Of a stretch of 64,000 bases of DNA, positions 19,858 to 30,924 are shown piece after piece. The notes below the pieces were generated by a model. The model saw nothing but the letters and a program-made list of their open reading frames with translations, ran no database searches and was not told the DNA's origin. The stretch comes from a virus. The DNA lies in the IMG/VR virus record IMGVR_UViG_3300042114_000045, positions 32,001 to 96,000 of that record, one strand, 5' to 3'. The translations under genes were made by a program, and so were the position numbers. Position 1 is the stretch's first letter. Every line of letters starts with the position of its first letter.

Positions 19858-20928
19858 TTATACAAGTTCATTAGCAATTTTTCTTACTACATTCATGGCT
19901 AATACTTCACCACTATCAACTGCAGCTTCATACAATCTATATAAAGGTACAACTTTCATGCCATACATACCAACAGCGTTAGCCCACGCATAAGTACCAT
20001 CAACACAGTTATTAACATCAAAAGAATCTTGAATATGACATAGTACTCCGCTATCTTTATCAACAGCTTTTAAAATAATATCATCAACACTATTACATTT
20101 CCTTCTTCGTCTAAATTCTACAACAGCTTCTTTAATAATATTTTCCTCAAGCGTAGAGTAGTATGTACCATACACTATATGTTTAACCATAAACACCCTC
20201 TCTGTACTCTTTAAAGTCTTTCCTTTAACATACATTGGAATAATAGTGTAAACACTGTACACGTAGATATTACCTTTCTTATATAAGAACTTCTCACCAA
20301 ATCTTAATATACCAGACGTATTAGTAAGCTTACCTCTATTAATATAAGCTATTACACATTCCCTAGCATCTCTATAACTCTTCGGTGAATAGCCTATCCT
20401 AATTGAGTAAGCAACCATTGCAAGTTTACCAACACTACAAGTTACACCAACTATACCTATAGCTTCTAGTATATTTTCAAAAGACAACACTATATTATGC
20501 CGTGCTATACCTACGTCCCTAGTACTCCATATTCTATTTTCAATACGTCTAATACTATTATTACTAAAAGCTTTATAATCAATCAGTTGTTTACCAGTTG
20601 ATAAGCCATTATACCCTCTACCGTTATTACTTCTTTTACCAATAGAAGCTAGAGCTGATAGCCTAGTACCAGTATACCCATGTACTACTAGCAACCTAAA
20701 CAACGTAGTTCTTAACTCGGTAAACAATTTCTTACCTGCGTCTGTGTCATTAATACTTTCACCAACATATATACCACTAGTCATTCTATGAACATTAAAT
20801 ATATTTGGAGCTAATCCTAAAGCTGCGGCAATCTCTTCTAGTGTGTCAGCCTTTGTGTATAAATTAACGTATCTTAATACTTCATCACATAGTATACGTC
20901 TGTTGAGTACCTTTTTAACGATCCACAT
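19858..20928 (-). CDS. Hypothetical protein
   Basis: 356-aa ORF, no motif recognised. Confidence 0.6.
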   Translation of the reverse strand: MWIVKKVLNRRILCDEVLRYVNLYTKADTLEEIAAALGLAPNIFNVHRMTSGIYVGESINDTDAGKKLFTELRTTLFRLLVVHGYTGTRLSALASIGKRSNNGRGYNGLSTGKQLIDYKAFSNNSIRRIENRIWSTRDVGIARHNIVLSFENILEAIGIVGVTCSVGKLAMVAYSIRIGYSPKSYRDARECVIAYINRGKLTNTSGILRFGEKFLYKKGNIYVYSVYTIIPMYVKGKTLKSTERVFMVKHIVYGTYYSTLEENIIKEAVVEFRRRRKCNSVDDIILKAVDKDSGVLCHIQDSFDVNNCVDGTYAWANAVGMYGMKVVPLYRLYEAAVDSGEVLAMNVVRKIANELV

Positions 20929-21325
20929 TAGTTACCAACTTTGCATCCTGTACACCATGTTTGATATACCTATTTTTACCGCTACTACTAACGTATTTTC
21001 TAACAACACCTTCCATATAAACCCTAACAAGTTTACCAGTTCCTATTAGCCCTAGCTTCTTTCTATCAGTACTACTCAGTAATACCCATACATGATCTAG
21101 ACCATCACCACGTATACTAACATTCTTTAACATAACAGTAGGATTTCTATAATCACCACCTCTTAACTCACCACTGAACTTAACCGTCATACCAACGTAA
21201 TGTTCTAAATGACTTCTATCAGCATCCTCAGTTATATTAACAGTCTTACTTTTTAGTTTATAGTGTGCATCCCTAACCGATTTTGGTGCACCTGCTAAGA
21301 TATGAGTGTTCCTATGTTTCTTCAT
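20915..21325 (-). CDS. Hypothetical protein, apparent paralog of 27311..27619
   Basis: Shared P.V...NV....DH.W..L....V.F...VR.Y pattern. Confidence 0.55.
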   Translation of the reverse strand: MKKHRNTHILAGAPKSVRDAHYKLKSKTVNITEDADRSHLEHYVGMTVKFSGELRGGDYRNPTVMLKNVSIRGDGLDHVWVLLSSTDRKKLGLIGTGKLVRVYMEGVVRKYVSSSGKNRYIKHGVQDAKLVTNVDR

Positions 21326-21789
21326 ACAAGATTACCTCTTACACTTCTCATACCAGTCTCTTTATCATATACAATACTAAGATGTATGTTCTTATTCCGT
21401 AGTTCATTAATAGTCTTCCAATCACCTTTACCAAACAGATAAGGATTCAACATAAACGTACCAGTGTCTATTCTACTTATAATACCAGACTTTAATAGAT
21501 CTTGTAACCTATTATCTATAGTCTTAACACTAAATCCAGTAGCTTCAGATATTCGTCTCTTAAACACCGCAGTCAGACCTATCTCTTGTGTACCATATGT
21601 AACGTACTTCAACAACTCTTGTAACAAAGCACCAGCAGAAGCAGGTATATTATGCAGATAAGATATATCCTCTAGGTACAACTTAACATAATTAGGTTCT
21701 TCTCCTTTAAATCTTTTAACCACTGTGCTACTCTTAATCTCACCAGTAGTATAATCTATACTATCCGTAGTTTCTATTACTTTACCCAT
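21322..21789 (-). CDS. RepL-like replication/maintenance protein (winged HTH)
   Basis: D..TGEI, EPNYVKLY, HTH region KRRISEATGFSVKTIDNRLQDL, FMLNPYLFGKG. Confidence 0.7.
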   Translation of the reverse strand: MGKVIETTDSIDYTTGEIKSSTVVKRFKGEEPNYVKLYLEDISYLHNIPASAGALLQELLKYVTYGTQEIGLTAVFKRRISEATGFSVKTIDNRLQDLLKSGIISRIDTGTFMLNPYLFGKGDWKTINELRNKNIHLSIVYDKETGMRSVRGNLV

Positions 21790-21822
21790 CTATATTCCTT
21801 ATATTTATACAGTATTATAACA

Positions 21823-21945
21823 TACCCTGACTTAAGGGAACCTTTTACTAAATGCTAATATAAACATACACTATTATCAGGGTATTCCCTGTCACAGTTA
21901 ATAACCTTCCCTGTCACAGGGAATGTTGTACCCTACCACAGGGAA
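21823..21945 (+). repeat. Iteron-like quasi-palindromic repeats (T(T/A)CCCT-N5-AGGGAA)
   Basis: Copies at 21885, 21907 and 21929 (22-bp period) plus a variant at 21823 over the repL promoter. Confidence 0.75.
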
Positions 21946-22312
21946 TGTACTAAATTCAGCAAACACCGACTGCATAGGGTCTAGAGGCTACTTTTTACAA
22001 ATCCTCACCTCTTATATATTATCCCTGGTAAGCAGACTAGAGTTTGTAGTTGTATTAGTTATTTACTTTAAGGTTATTGCGAACGCTGCTAAGATTCATT
22101 TAAGCCAGCTCATGTGCGGAAAATTTTATAATTTTTGTGAAGAGTCACTACCCTCCGTCCAGTCATACCATCGACTACCACCCCCCCCATTAAGTCGGTA
22201 AGAGACTCCTTTTCCCTCACTACCCCCAAAACAATTTTACTTCTTCTTAGCCTTGACCTTTGAACCTGTACGGAGCAGTAGCAATACTGTATCTTATCTC
22301 AAAGGACCAACA

Positions 22313-22669
22313 ATGGCAACAATACTAAACTTTACTAATGCAATCGCATCAACAAAAGACGACTCTATTAACATAGATGAGGCAACTCTTAGAACTACTA
22401 AAGTGTATGCTAAACTTATGTTAGCTAAAGGCGAAAAGTTCGAAGCGGTAACTTCTAGAGAGCAGTTCTTATTAAGTGAATCAGGTGACTATATCAGAGC
22501 AGAGCTATTCTTTATTAATAAGAATAACAATATGCTTATAGACCATCGGCTTTATCTTAATGTATCGATTGATGCTACTATTAAAGTTAATACTCAGAAC
22601 AAGTTCTACTATGTAGAGCTAATTCATCCTACTATCAGCCTAGCTGAAGATGAAGCAACTAGCTTCTAA
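22313..22669 (+). CDS. First plus-strand (early) hypothetical protein
   Basis: AAAGGA RBS before ATG 22313, preferred over the track start at 22253. Confidence 0.6.
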   Translation: MATILNFTNAIASTKDDSINIDEATLRTTKVYAKLMLAKGEKFEAVTSREQFLLSESGDYIRAELFFINKNNNMLIDHRLYLNVSIDATIKVNTQNKFYYVELIHPTISLAEDEATSF

Positions 22670-22758
22670 GTCGATAGAGTAACTACGGTCTCGTAGATGT
22701 ATTGGTCTAATCAGCCAAGAACCAATTAACCAACCCATTCTAAAATAAAGGACCTATT

Positions 22759-23088
22759 ATGAAATCTCAAACTCAATCAATCTTCCAATCTACTAAGCAA
22801 ATTGCAACTTCAACTGCAAGCTTTGTAACTAAAACCGTAGATGTTGCGGTAATTGCTATTGATACTGTATCTAACGAACTTATTACTATGAAGATTAACA
22901 ATTCTATTAATAATATTAGTGAAGTCGTAGATACTAAAAAGTCAGCGTTAAACGATATGTATACAGAACTTGATGTATTATCAGCAATTAAAGCTCCTAC
23001 TGAACGGCAAAAATCCGAGTTAGAGGACCTTAGATTAGCCATTAAGCTCATCAAAGATGTTGACATATCTGCAGTGGCGAGAAACTAA
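22759..23088 (+). CDS. Hypothetical early protein
   Basis: AAGGA RBS; helical composition. Confidence 0.6.
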   Translation: MKSQTQSIFQSTKQIATSTASFVTKTVDVAVIAIDTVSNELITMKINNSINNISEVVDTKKSALNDMYTELDVLSAIKAPTERQKSELEDLRLAIKLIKDVDISAVARN

Positions 23089-23197
23089 GATGAGTAGCTT
23101 TATCTTAGTATTAGCTACGGCTATGGTGTTGATTGCCTACTCAGACCGTTTAGTCCCAGATTCGCTGGCTAGATGGGCATCCAAGTATCTCAAGCTA

Positions 23198-23229
23198 TGA
23201 TACCCTTCGGGGTATTATTTTTTTTTTTC
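23198..23229 (+). terminator. Intrinsic terminator
   Basis: GATACCC-TTCG-GGGTATT followed by long T tract. Confidence 0.75.
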
Positions 23230-23708
23230 TGTTCCTCACATCGTACCGCTGATTTCTTCTTTGCCTTCACCATTTGGAAAGTCATTGACAAGAGGAAGCT
23301 ATTTATTTCCAAGCTTCGTTCTTTTGGTTCACCGTTCTATCGAATTTCTTCTCAGACGATAGGCTTTGAACCTGTAAAGGACTTTTCTTTCTTTAATCAG
23401 CTGAACCGCGAGAGCAACGAGCGGGCTACAACGACTAGCAGACCTAGACGGGCTACAACGATTAACAGAATAAGGTTAGCAGATCAGAGTATTATCTACG
23501 GTAAGGGTAGAGGAATGCCATCTAGGAGAGCCGTAGAGAACGATTAGCAGTTGGGAGTAGGAAGACCAGGGTAAGGCAGAGAAGAGCATCGTATGGTAGG
23601 TCAGAATAGCTAGAATAGCGATGATATACTCATTCAACAACATCTCAACCAAACACAGAAACCAACAGGTAACCTACACCAACATACACTAAAACAAAGG
23701 AACAAACA

Positions 23709-24758
23709 ATGGAATTAGTATCAAATGTAATTAACTTATACACATTAAGTGTACACCTAATAGGAACATTACTATGTATGATTTTAATATTCTTTGCAAA
23801 CAAAGAAAAAGGAACAGACATACCATTATGGGGTGCATTACTACTATGGATGTTTGGGTGGATGATAATACTATTCATTCTATATACTACCCTTGATGAA
23901 AAATTTAGGAGTAAGTAATATGGCTAAACTAACAGTAAAGCCATCTAAAATCAAAGTAAGACAAGTATGGTCATTCAATCCAGTGACTAGAACAGTACCA
24001 AGTAAAAAACTATATAAAAGAAGCAAACAAGTATGGGTATAGTAGAAGTAATCGTAATAACCATAATAATCTTCTCTGTAATAGTAAGAGATAGTAAACT
24101 AGAAACAAGTATAACCAATTGGTTAGAGAAAAAAACTAAAAATAAAGGATAAACAATGTTACAAGCATTAGATAAAGCATTAACTGAAATAGAAACATCA
24201 TTAGCGAAAGTTGGAGTAGTACGAACAAGAAAAGGCGAAGCACCTTCTAGATTAGCTACAAATGTAGAGATAGCAAAAGCTAGAAATGTATCAAATATTG
24301 CTGGTATACCATACAGAGAAGCACTAGCCGTGACAATCAAAAGAGCAGACAGAATGGCATCAGCAACAGAAACCGTAGGTTCAGTTAGAAGAGCTGAAAG
24401 CTATTACCATTTACCAATAGAAGAGAAATAAGTCGCATTAGGCCTATCGTAAGATTATAAGCCCTAAGCTAACCACAAATAACAGGAGAAATTTATGGCA
24501 AGAGAACAAGGAAGACTATCAAGAGTAGCAAATGCATTAGTGGATACACCAGTAGACATTGTAACAGACTTATTAGCAACTACGGGTAGTGTAACAAGAA
24601 TGGTTAGTATTGTAGCAGAAGAAGCACTAATTGGTTCACAGGGAGAACTATTAGATGCTAAGATAGCATATGCTAAGAAGCATTTTGATGTAGAGGCAAG
24701 CTTAGAAGAAATGAGCTTAACAATGGACCAAATCGAAAAACTATTAGGGAGAAAATAA
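23709..24758 (+). other. Run of small early ORFs (23709..23918, 24156..24431, 24495..24758 and shorter ones)
   Basis: AAGGA/AGGAG RBSs, compact packing; no families recognised. Confidence 0.55.
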
Positions 24759-24759
24759 T

Positions 24760-25365
24760 ATGCCAAAGAAAACAACAAACTCAGGAAAAGTAACAAAAAC
24801 AGTAGCTGTAAAAGCTAAAACTTCATTAGAGCAAGCAAGAGAAATAGTAGCTAGCAATAGAGTTGCAATTGGAAAACTAAAACAATTAGTTAACAACATT
24901 ACATCTACATTGGATTTAGATGAAGATAGAATGGCTAAGAGAATCGATGCCGCTATGAAATCAGAGTATGGTGCAGTAAATGGTATGATTAACTTAGTAG
25001 TGGCAATTAGTAATTGGCCAGTAGAAGCTGGAGATGGAGCAAATGTTGCACTTAATAGAAGAATACTTGAAGATAAATTCAATCTAGACTTACTATTAAT
25101 GGAAGATATTGGTTCGTTCAGAGGATATCATAGCTTTGCAACTGATACACTTGAAATCAAAGAGGGTAAAGAACCTGATTACCAAAACTACGCAGACTAT
25201 TGCAGAATCTTCTTAGAAGAACTTGGTGTAACTACTAACAGACCAACTATTGAACCAGTAGCTTGGAGAGGTAGAGAAGCCAAAGCAAGTAAAGATGCGA
25301 AAGATGAGCTAATCAAAATGGCAGATGCAATCGACAGATACAAGTTACAACTTGAAAACAAATAA
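24760..25365 (+). CDS. Hypothetical protein directly upstream of RNAP
   Basis: 201-aa ORF. Confidence 0.6.
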   Translation: MPKKTTNSGKVTKTVAVKAKTSLEQAREIVASNRVAIGKLKQLVNNITSTLDLDEDRMAKRIDAAMKSEYGAVNGMINLVVAISNWPVEAGDGANVALNRRILEDKFNLDLLLMEDIGSFRGYHSFATDTLEIKEGKEPDYQNYADYCRIFLEELGVTTNRPTIEPVAWRGREAKASKDAKDELIKMADAIDRYKLQLENK

Positions 25366-25412
25366 TAATAGGCTAGTAAATCTAGCCTATTAAACTAACT
25401 AAAGGAAATAAA

Positions 25413-27266
25413 ATGATTAGAGAATATCTTAGTGAAAAACTAACAGCAGAGGTTAAAAGCCTATTGGACTTCGAATCAGAAACAACACAACATATGATAA
25501 AAGCAATGGAAAAAGGTGTACTATACGGTACAAACACTATAAGCTTACCTTACTTCAGTGAGATAAATCCAATACTAGTAAAAGATATAACATATATATT
25601 TACTAAACTTGGAATATCAACAGTAAGAGCTAATAGTAAATTTGCAGAGATGTCATTCAACACAGGATTACTTGACCAAACTAAACTACAAGAGTGGAGA
25701 AGAAGAGTAAAACTGGAAAAATTCACAATGAGATTAGATACTAAAGACTATGAAACAGATTTAGTTAAACGAAATGTGGTAATAACTACGGGAGGGTTAG
25801 ATAGACCAGGTATGATGGCAACAGCTAAGAATACATTCCAAATAGATGTACCTTATATGTTAAAATATAGAAGAGCTATTAAACAAAACCTTGTAAAGTC
25901 TATCAAAACTATGGTAGAGAAAAAGCAAATAACAACTGTGTTCTTCAAAGATGAAGCATCTTATCTTGAGATAGCAGAGCTATGTCTAGTAGAGTATGCA
26001 GATGGTAGTAAGATATACAACTCAGAGTACAATGTACAAGACCAAAGAGGTAGAGCTATTAAAGCTGTACTAAAACGAATTGGTAACTACATTAGTAGTA
26101 AAGACTTTAGAGCATTACTTAAAGTACCAAGAAGTGCAGGTGCAATAGCAGTTCATAAAGAGAACGATAATGCATTAAACGATATCTATTACTTCATAGC
26201 AGAGCTAACAGGTAATAAGTGTATTGGGTTAACAGAAGCTGATAAAATCAGAGCTGGTAAATTAGCATATACTAATAGAGTATTGCCAAGATTAGACCTT
26301 AAATCTACTGAAGGTAGAGATGAGTTACACGAGTTAATATGGCTAGAGAGAATCTACGATAAGCTAGATAGATTGAATAAAATAGGTGTAGTACTATGGG
26401 ATATACCATTAGAAATAGACCATTCAATGTCATTAGCACAAATAGTTGGTGCATTAACAAATGATAAAAGAGTACTTGAATCAACTTGTGTAATAGGAGA
26501 TAAATTATCAGACCCTTGGTTTATCAATGGGGTAAAGAGAATTACCGCTAAAACAGTTGGTACACCAGTATTCTACGGTTCATCTAAATCAGCAGTAGCC
26601 TTAGTGAAAGGTAAGAAATTACTTAGAACACAAAACCTACCAGAGACAGCTACGGAAAAAGAGATAGAAGAAGCAAAAAGGCTAGACAAGCTAGAACTAG
26701 CATTGTTGAAGAAAGAATTTGCAACAGGTAGATTCTCTATCCTTAAACAGTTCAAAGACTTACTAATCCAAAACTACGGTATTCATACACCAGTAGTACA
26801 TATTGATTTAGGTATAACAAACTTTGAGATACACACTAACAAATGGAAACCAGCAGGTACAACATTAGTATGTACAGAAGTATTTGATGGTAAGAAATGG
26901 GTTAGAGTATTTACACATAAAGTAAACTACATACCTGATTACGATAAAATGAAAACATTTTGGGCTACTTGTCTAGTACATCATCTAGACTCAGACTTAA
27001 TGGAACATAACCTAGTACACAATTCACAATATTGGGCACTAGATATACACGATGCGATTCTATGCTTACCAGGTCAAGCTAGAATATTCAGAGAATCAGC
27101 ATCAAGAAGACTTAAATACTATAACACAAATAGAAAACTAATACTTAATAGTTATATGATATCTATTGGTGCAATAACGGATAAGGCTTATAATCAATTG
27201 CTAAAACTATTAGCAAGTGTTGTTGAAGCTGAAGACTTAGAATTCAGTAGAAACTGTATGAAATAA
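25413..27266 (+). CDS. Single-subunit (T7/N4 RNAPII-family) DNA-directed RNA polymerase, compact 617 aa
   Basis: DQRGR (DxxGR), motif A LEIDHSMSLAQ, motif B RITAKTVGTPVFYGS, VHHLDS, motif C DIHDA. Confidence 0.85.
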   Translation: MIREYLSEKLTAEVKSLLDFESETTQHMIKAMEKGVLYGTNTISLPYFSEINPILVKDITYIFTKLGISTVRANSKFAEMSFNTGLLDQTKLQEWRRRVKLEKFTMRLDTKDYETDLVKRNVVITTGGLDRPGMMATAKNTFQIDVPYMLKYRRAIKQNLVKSIKTMVEKKQITTVFFKDEASYLEIAELCLVEYADGSKIYNSEYNVQDQRGRAIKAVLKRIGNYISSKDFRALLKVPRSAGAIAVHKENDNALNDIYYFIAELTGNKCIGLTEADKIRAGKLAYTNRVLPRLDLKSTEGRDELHELIWLERIYDKLDRLNKIGVVLWDIPLEIDHSMSLAQIVGALTNDKRVLESTCVIGDKLSDPWFINGVKRITAKTVGTPVFYGSSKSAVALVKGKKLLRTQNLPETATEKEIEEAKRLDKLELALLKKEFATGRFSILKQFKDLLIQNYGIHTPVVHIDLGITNFEIHTNKWKPAGTTLVCTEVFDGKKWVRVFTHKVNYIPDYDKMKTFWATCLVHHLDSDLMEHNLVHNSQYWALDIHDAILCLPGQARIFRESASRRLKYYNTNRKLILNSYMISIGAITDKAYNQLLKLLASVVEAEDLEFSRNCMK

Positions 27267-27310
27267 CGGAGAGGTATAAAAGCCTCTCTAACTTAACTAA
27301 AGGATAGCAG

Positions 27311-27619
27311 ATGGCTAACAGATACACAGCAACAGTCAGTACGGAGTACAGAGATACTCATACCAGCTCACCTAGAGTATGCATTAATAATGTAATGAAT
27401 CTTGAGACAGGAGAAGTATTCAGAGACGGACATACTTGGATACCATTAACAGATGAAATCAGAGGTATGGTACGAAGTAACCTAGAGTTTGCTAGAATAA
27501 CATTTATAGCAGATGTAAGAGAGTATAAAACTAGAGGACCAATTAAGGAATCATTATTCAATGTAAATGGGTTAACTAAAATAGGTAACTCAGTTAGAAA
27601 ACCAAGAAGAGCGAAGTAA
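27311..27619 (+). CDS. Hypothetical protein (paralog of 20915..21325)
   Basis: RBS; shared motif pattern. Confidence 0.55.
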   Translation: MANRYTATVSTEYRDTHTSSPRVCINNVMNLETGEVFRDGHTWIPLTDEIRGMVRSNLEFARITFIADVREYKTRGPIKESLFNVNGLTKIGNSVRKPRRAK

Positions 27620-27662
27620 TGGCTATACCGTAATGGTATGGCTAACTCTTTTTTTTTTTTTT
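27620..27662 (+). terminator. Intrinsic terminator
   Basis: GGCTATACC-GTAAT-GGTATGGCT then long T tract. Confidence 0.65.
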
Positions 27663-28110
27663 CTATCCTTTTTTTAAAGGAAATATGATATATATTTTTT
27701 AAAGGAAATACGATAAAACTGTTGTATTGTTCTACTTAACTGTTTGGATAATACTGAAATTTAAACTACTAAAGGAGTTAGAAATGATACAAATTATAAT
27801 AAATGGAGAAACAACACCTATCGGTAAACCATTACCTGAAAAAATAGAAGCATTAACTGTTGTTAATATAGTTAATCATCTTCAACCACCGATTATAGTA
27901 CCAGCTGAACAAGCTATACTGATTGATAAATGGTTAAAAGAGATGATAGGAAAATGTGTATGTGAGTATGCGATGTACAACGGAACCTTTGTAACATTAG
28001 AAGAAATTAGGGAAACTATTAAGTAGTAATAGTAGTAAACTGTACATACACTACTCTTTTTAAAAATACCTAATTTTTACATACGTCAGTATACACCAAA
28101 ATGAGGTAAT

Positions 28111-28473
28111 ATGGAAATAGTGATAGTTCTTTTTTTCGTTGGTTGTGCCATTGCATTATACAATGAAAGTACTAAGTATAGCAAAGAAAAACCTGCACCC
28201 AAATTCGATAAAGGACTATATAGAATTGCTAGTATAGATTATAAGATGTATATTATGTCACCAGAATGGTACGCAAAAAAGATACAAAGATTAGTACTAG
28301 ACAACTATACCTGTCAACGATGTGGAAGTAAAGAATTCTTAGAGGTTCATCATAAAACCTACGAGAATTTAGGTAAAGAACAAATGGAAGATTTAGCTAC
28401 GGTGTGTAGAACTTGTCATCAAGCAATACACGATAAGTATGGAAGGAAAGGGAATTACTTTCCACTAAACTAA
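28111..28473 (+). CDS. HNH endonuclease with N-terminal hydrophobic segment
   Basis: DNYTCQRCG...LEVHHKTY...DLATVCRTCHQAIH. Confidence 0.85.
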   Translation: MEIVIVLFFVGCAIALYNESTKYSKEKPAPKFDKGLYRIASIDYKMYIMSPEWYAKKIQRLVLDNYTCQRCGSKEFLEVHHKTYENLGKEQMEDLATVCRTCHQAIHDKYGRKGNYFPLN

Positions 28474-28493
28474 AATAAAAGGAAAAACAAAAC

Positions 28494-28748
28494 ATGAGAA
28501 AAGTATTATTAACAATAGCGGTATTAGCTACGATGGCTCAAGCTGGATGGATTACATCAGTGCAATCATACAATGATCCAGAGGTAAAAACAAAAAAGAA
28601 CTCTTTAGATACTTATGGTCAAAACCCAAGAATGTATCAATTCGATACTGATTTTATGCATTGTGTTATTGTGTACACAGAACAAGACTTAGGAGAAAAA
28701 AACGCTAAATCAACTGCTCCAGTTATGCAATGTATTACTAAAAAATAA
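28494..28748 (+). CDS. Exported protein (signal peptide)
   Basis: MRKVLLTIAVLATMAQA signal-like N-terminus. Confidence 0.6.
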   Translation: MRKVLLTIAVLATMAQAGWITSVQSYNDPEVKTKKNSLDTYGQNPRMYQFDTDFMHCVIVYTEQDLGEKNAKSTAPVMQCITKK

Positions 28749-28757
28749 GGAAAAATA

Positions 28758-29753
28758 ATGACATCATTTAGTGAAATAAGAAGTAGATGTAGTGATTTTG
28801 ATCAGCTAAACGACTATATGAGAGAGCTAGATTTACTAGATTACTTTTCAGCAGAAGACTTATTTACACACTTTGTTTATACAGGTATTACTGAACCTGA
28901 TGCATCATGCAGAACTATGTTATCTGATATATATTATAGTTTACCAGATGATGCTGAAGAACAATATCTAATACAAGGTTATCAATCTGCTATAAATAAA
29001 TTTAGAACTTTCGATGCAATGTGGGATACAATACTTGGATTAGATTTAAGTAATTTTGACTATGATGGTATTTCATATATATCAATATACTTTGAATTTG
29101 CAAATAGTGTAAAACTTGAAGCACCATTCCCTGATATGAAACGTCTATTTTTAGAGCATATTAAAAAAGAGTATGGTATTGAATTAGAAGAGGAGAACAA
29201 TGTGATTAACAGTCAAACAGGAAGATACGAAGTAGGTACACCAAAATTAGCTAGCGGTGGAATAATAGTAAATAACAACGGGAGAAAAACGATGAAACAA
29301 ACGATTATGGGATTAGGGGAACAAAATAAAGACAACGCACTTGCAGTAGCAAGAGTAACTGCTGGTAAAGCACTAAACAAAAAGTTAGTAAAACTTATTA
29401 AACCAAAACTACCATTTCCTATTAACGGTCTTGCAGACTCTGGATTTGCTCCAGTTATTATTGCTAACGCAGTTGCATTTGCAATTAAACAATACACAAC
29501 AAATGAAAGAGCAAACACTATAGCCGACTTAATGCTAGAAGCAGCAGCGTTTCAATTAGCAGGTTCATTCAATCTTGATGATATGCTTGAAGATTTGATT
29601 GATGGTATTGCATTACCAGGTGCTGTAGCTACGGTAGATTTGAATGCTATGTCTGTTACCGACTTAAAAACATTAGCTAAAACTAACAATATTGATATTG
29701 CTGGTTTAACTTCTAAAGCAGAAATTAGAGACGCTGTTAAAGCAGCTATCTAG
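28758..29753 (+). CDS. Hypothetical protein with C-terminal Rho-N/HeH-like nucleic-acid-binding motif
   Basis: DLNAMSVTDLKTLAK..NI...GLTSKAEI. Confidence 0.55.
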   Translation: MTSFSEIRSRCSDFDQLNDYMRELDLLDYFSAEDLFTHFVYTGITEPDASCRTMLSDIYYSLPDDAEEQYLIQGYQSAINKFRTFDAMWDTILGLDLSNFDYDGISYISIYFEFANSVKLEAPFPDMKRLFLEHIKKEYGIELEEENNVINSQTGRYEVGTPKLASGGIIVNNNGRKTMKQTIMGLGEQNKDNALAVARVTAGKALNKKLVKLIKPKLPFPINGLADSGFAPVIIANAVAFAIKQYTTNERANTIADLMLEAAAFQLAGSFNLDDMLEDLIDGIALPGAVATVDLNAMSVTDLKTLAKTNNIDIAGLTSKAEIRDAVKAAI

Positions 29754-30039
29754 TACAAACGAATAGGTGAACAATAGTTCAACAAAATAATCATGATGAA
29801 GATAAGGATTGTAAAATGATAACAATGAACAGAATTAGCACAGCTAAAAAATCAAAGAATGGTACACCAGTTACCTCAAGACTTGGACAAACTACTTACA
29901 CTAAAACTGTAGTAGGTGGAAATGGTATGTACGTATTTGTATACGGAGAAGGTAAAAAGAAAAAATCTGAAACTAGACATATGTCTGAGTCTCAAGCTAA
30001 TACTTATAAAGCACAACTAGAAAAAGCAGGGTACTAGTC

Positions 30040-30600
30040 ATGGATATTATACTAGCATTTATTGCAGGTGCAGTGTGGTATGAGTTACTATTCCTGGTAG
30101 TTCTAGGGATAGTGTTTATAGTATCAATAGCTGAAGAAAGTTCTTTCTGGTTAATTGTAGTAACGGCTCTGTACCTACTGATATTTGGACATCCACTTGA
30201 ACTGCTAGAACAATACTGGTATTATGTACCTATGTATATCGTATTAGGATTACTATGGTCTGTGTTTAAACATTCTGTTGTAGCAAAAGAGATAACAGTA
30301 AGTGCGTTTAAAAGATTCTATACAGATAAAATTATACCAGAAGAAGGTACACATCAGTATAACAAAAACAAAGAATATCTTAGTAGGGAAATTAAGGATA
30401 AGCTTGAGTATAGATCAAGTGTTGATGCAAAACTATATTGGGTACTATTATTCCCAATATCTGTAACAGGTTACTTATTTGGAGATATGCTTAAAAATAT
30501 TATCAACAAACTAGGCGTAGTTTATACCAGTATTACTAATAAGATTATTCAATCTCAATTTGATACGATATATCCAACGAAACAAAAAACAACAGTTTAA
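30040..30600 (+). CDS. Membrane protein
   Basis: Multiple hydrophobic segments. Confidence 0.6.
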   Translation: MDIILAFIAGAVWYELLFLVVLGIVFIVSIAEESSFWLIVVTALYLLIFGHPLELLEQYWYYVPMYIVLGLLWSVFKHSVVAKEITVSAFKRFYTDKIIPEEGTHQYNKNKEYLSREIKDKLEYRSSVDAKLYWVLLFPISVTGYLFGDMLKNIINKLGVVYTSITNKIIQSQFDTIYPTKQKTTV

Positions 30601-30924
30601 AAACTACGGTTGTGGTATGCATACTCCTACTGATTAACTAGACTTGAAGATAAGTCTGACCGGTACCGATCCTATTAAGTTAGGTTTAATCAATGGCTCC
30701 TCAGCATTCTCTGAGGACTAGTATATGATACTGCTATACAACCTCTGGAAGCGGAGGATCTTGGAGAGACTGGGATACTGGTTGATGTTCGATTCGTCGT
30801 ATAGTAGTACAATGTACTATCTTTAACTGCTCTGGAATTGATCACTGGAGTGTCATGGAGACTTATGAACGTTAAATACGTCATTGTTTATATACCGATG
30901 AAAGCTAAATCGGTATATCTTTTA

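Noticed and set aside
23422-23462. Resemblance of GGCTACAACGA to the 10-23 DNAzyme core
   Set aside because: Only a partial match to an artificial in vitro-selected motif; coincidence
21823-23470. CRISPR array
   Set aside because: Repeats are short, lack spacer-sized unique intervals, and no cas genes are present
27668-27716. Direct repeat TTTTTTAAAGGAAATA(T/C)GATA twice
   Set aside because: Low-complexity AT-rich duplication after a terminator; no function supportable
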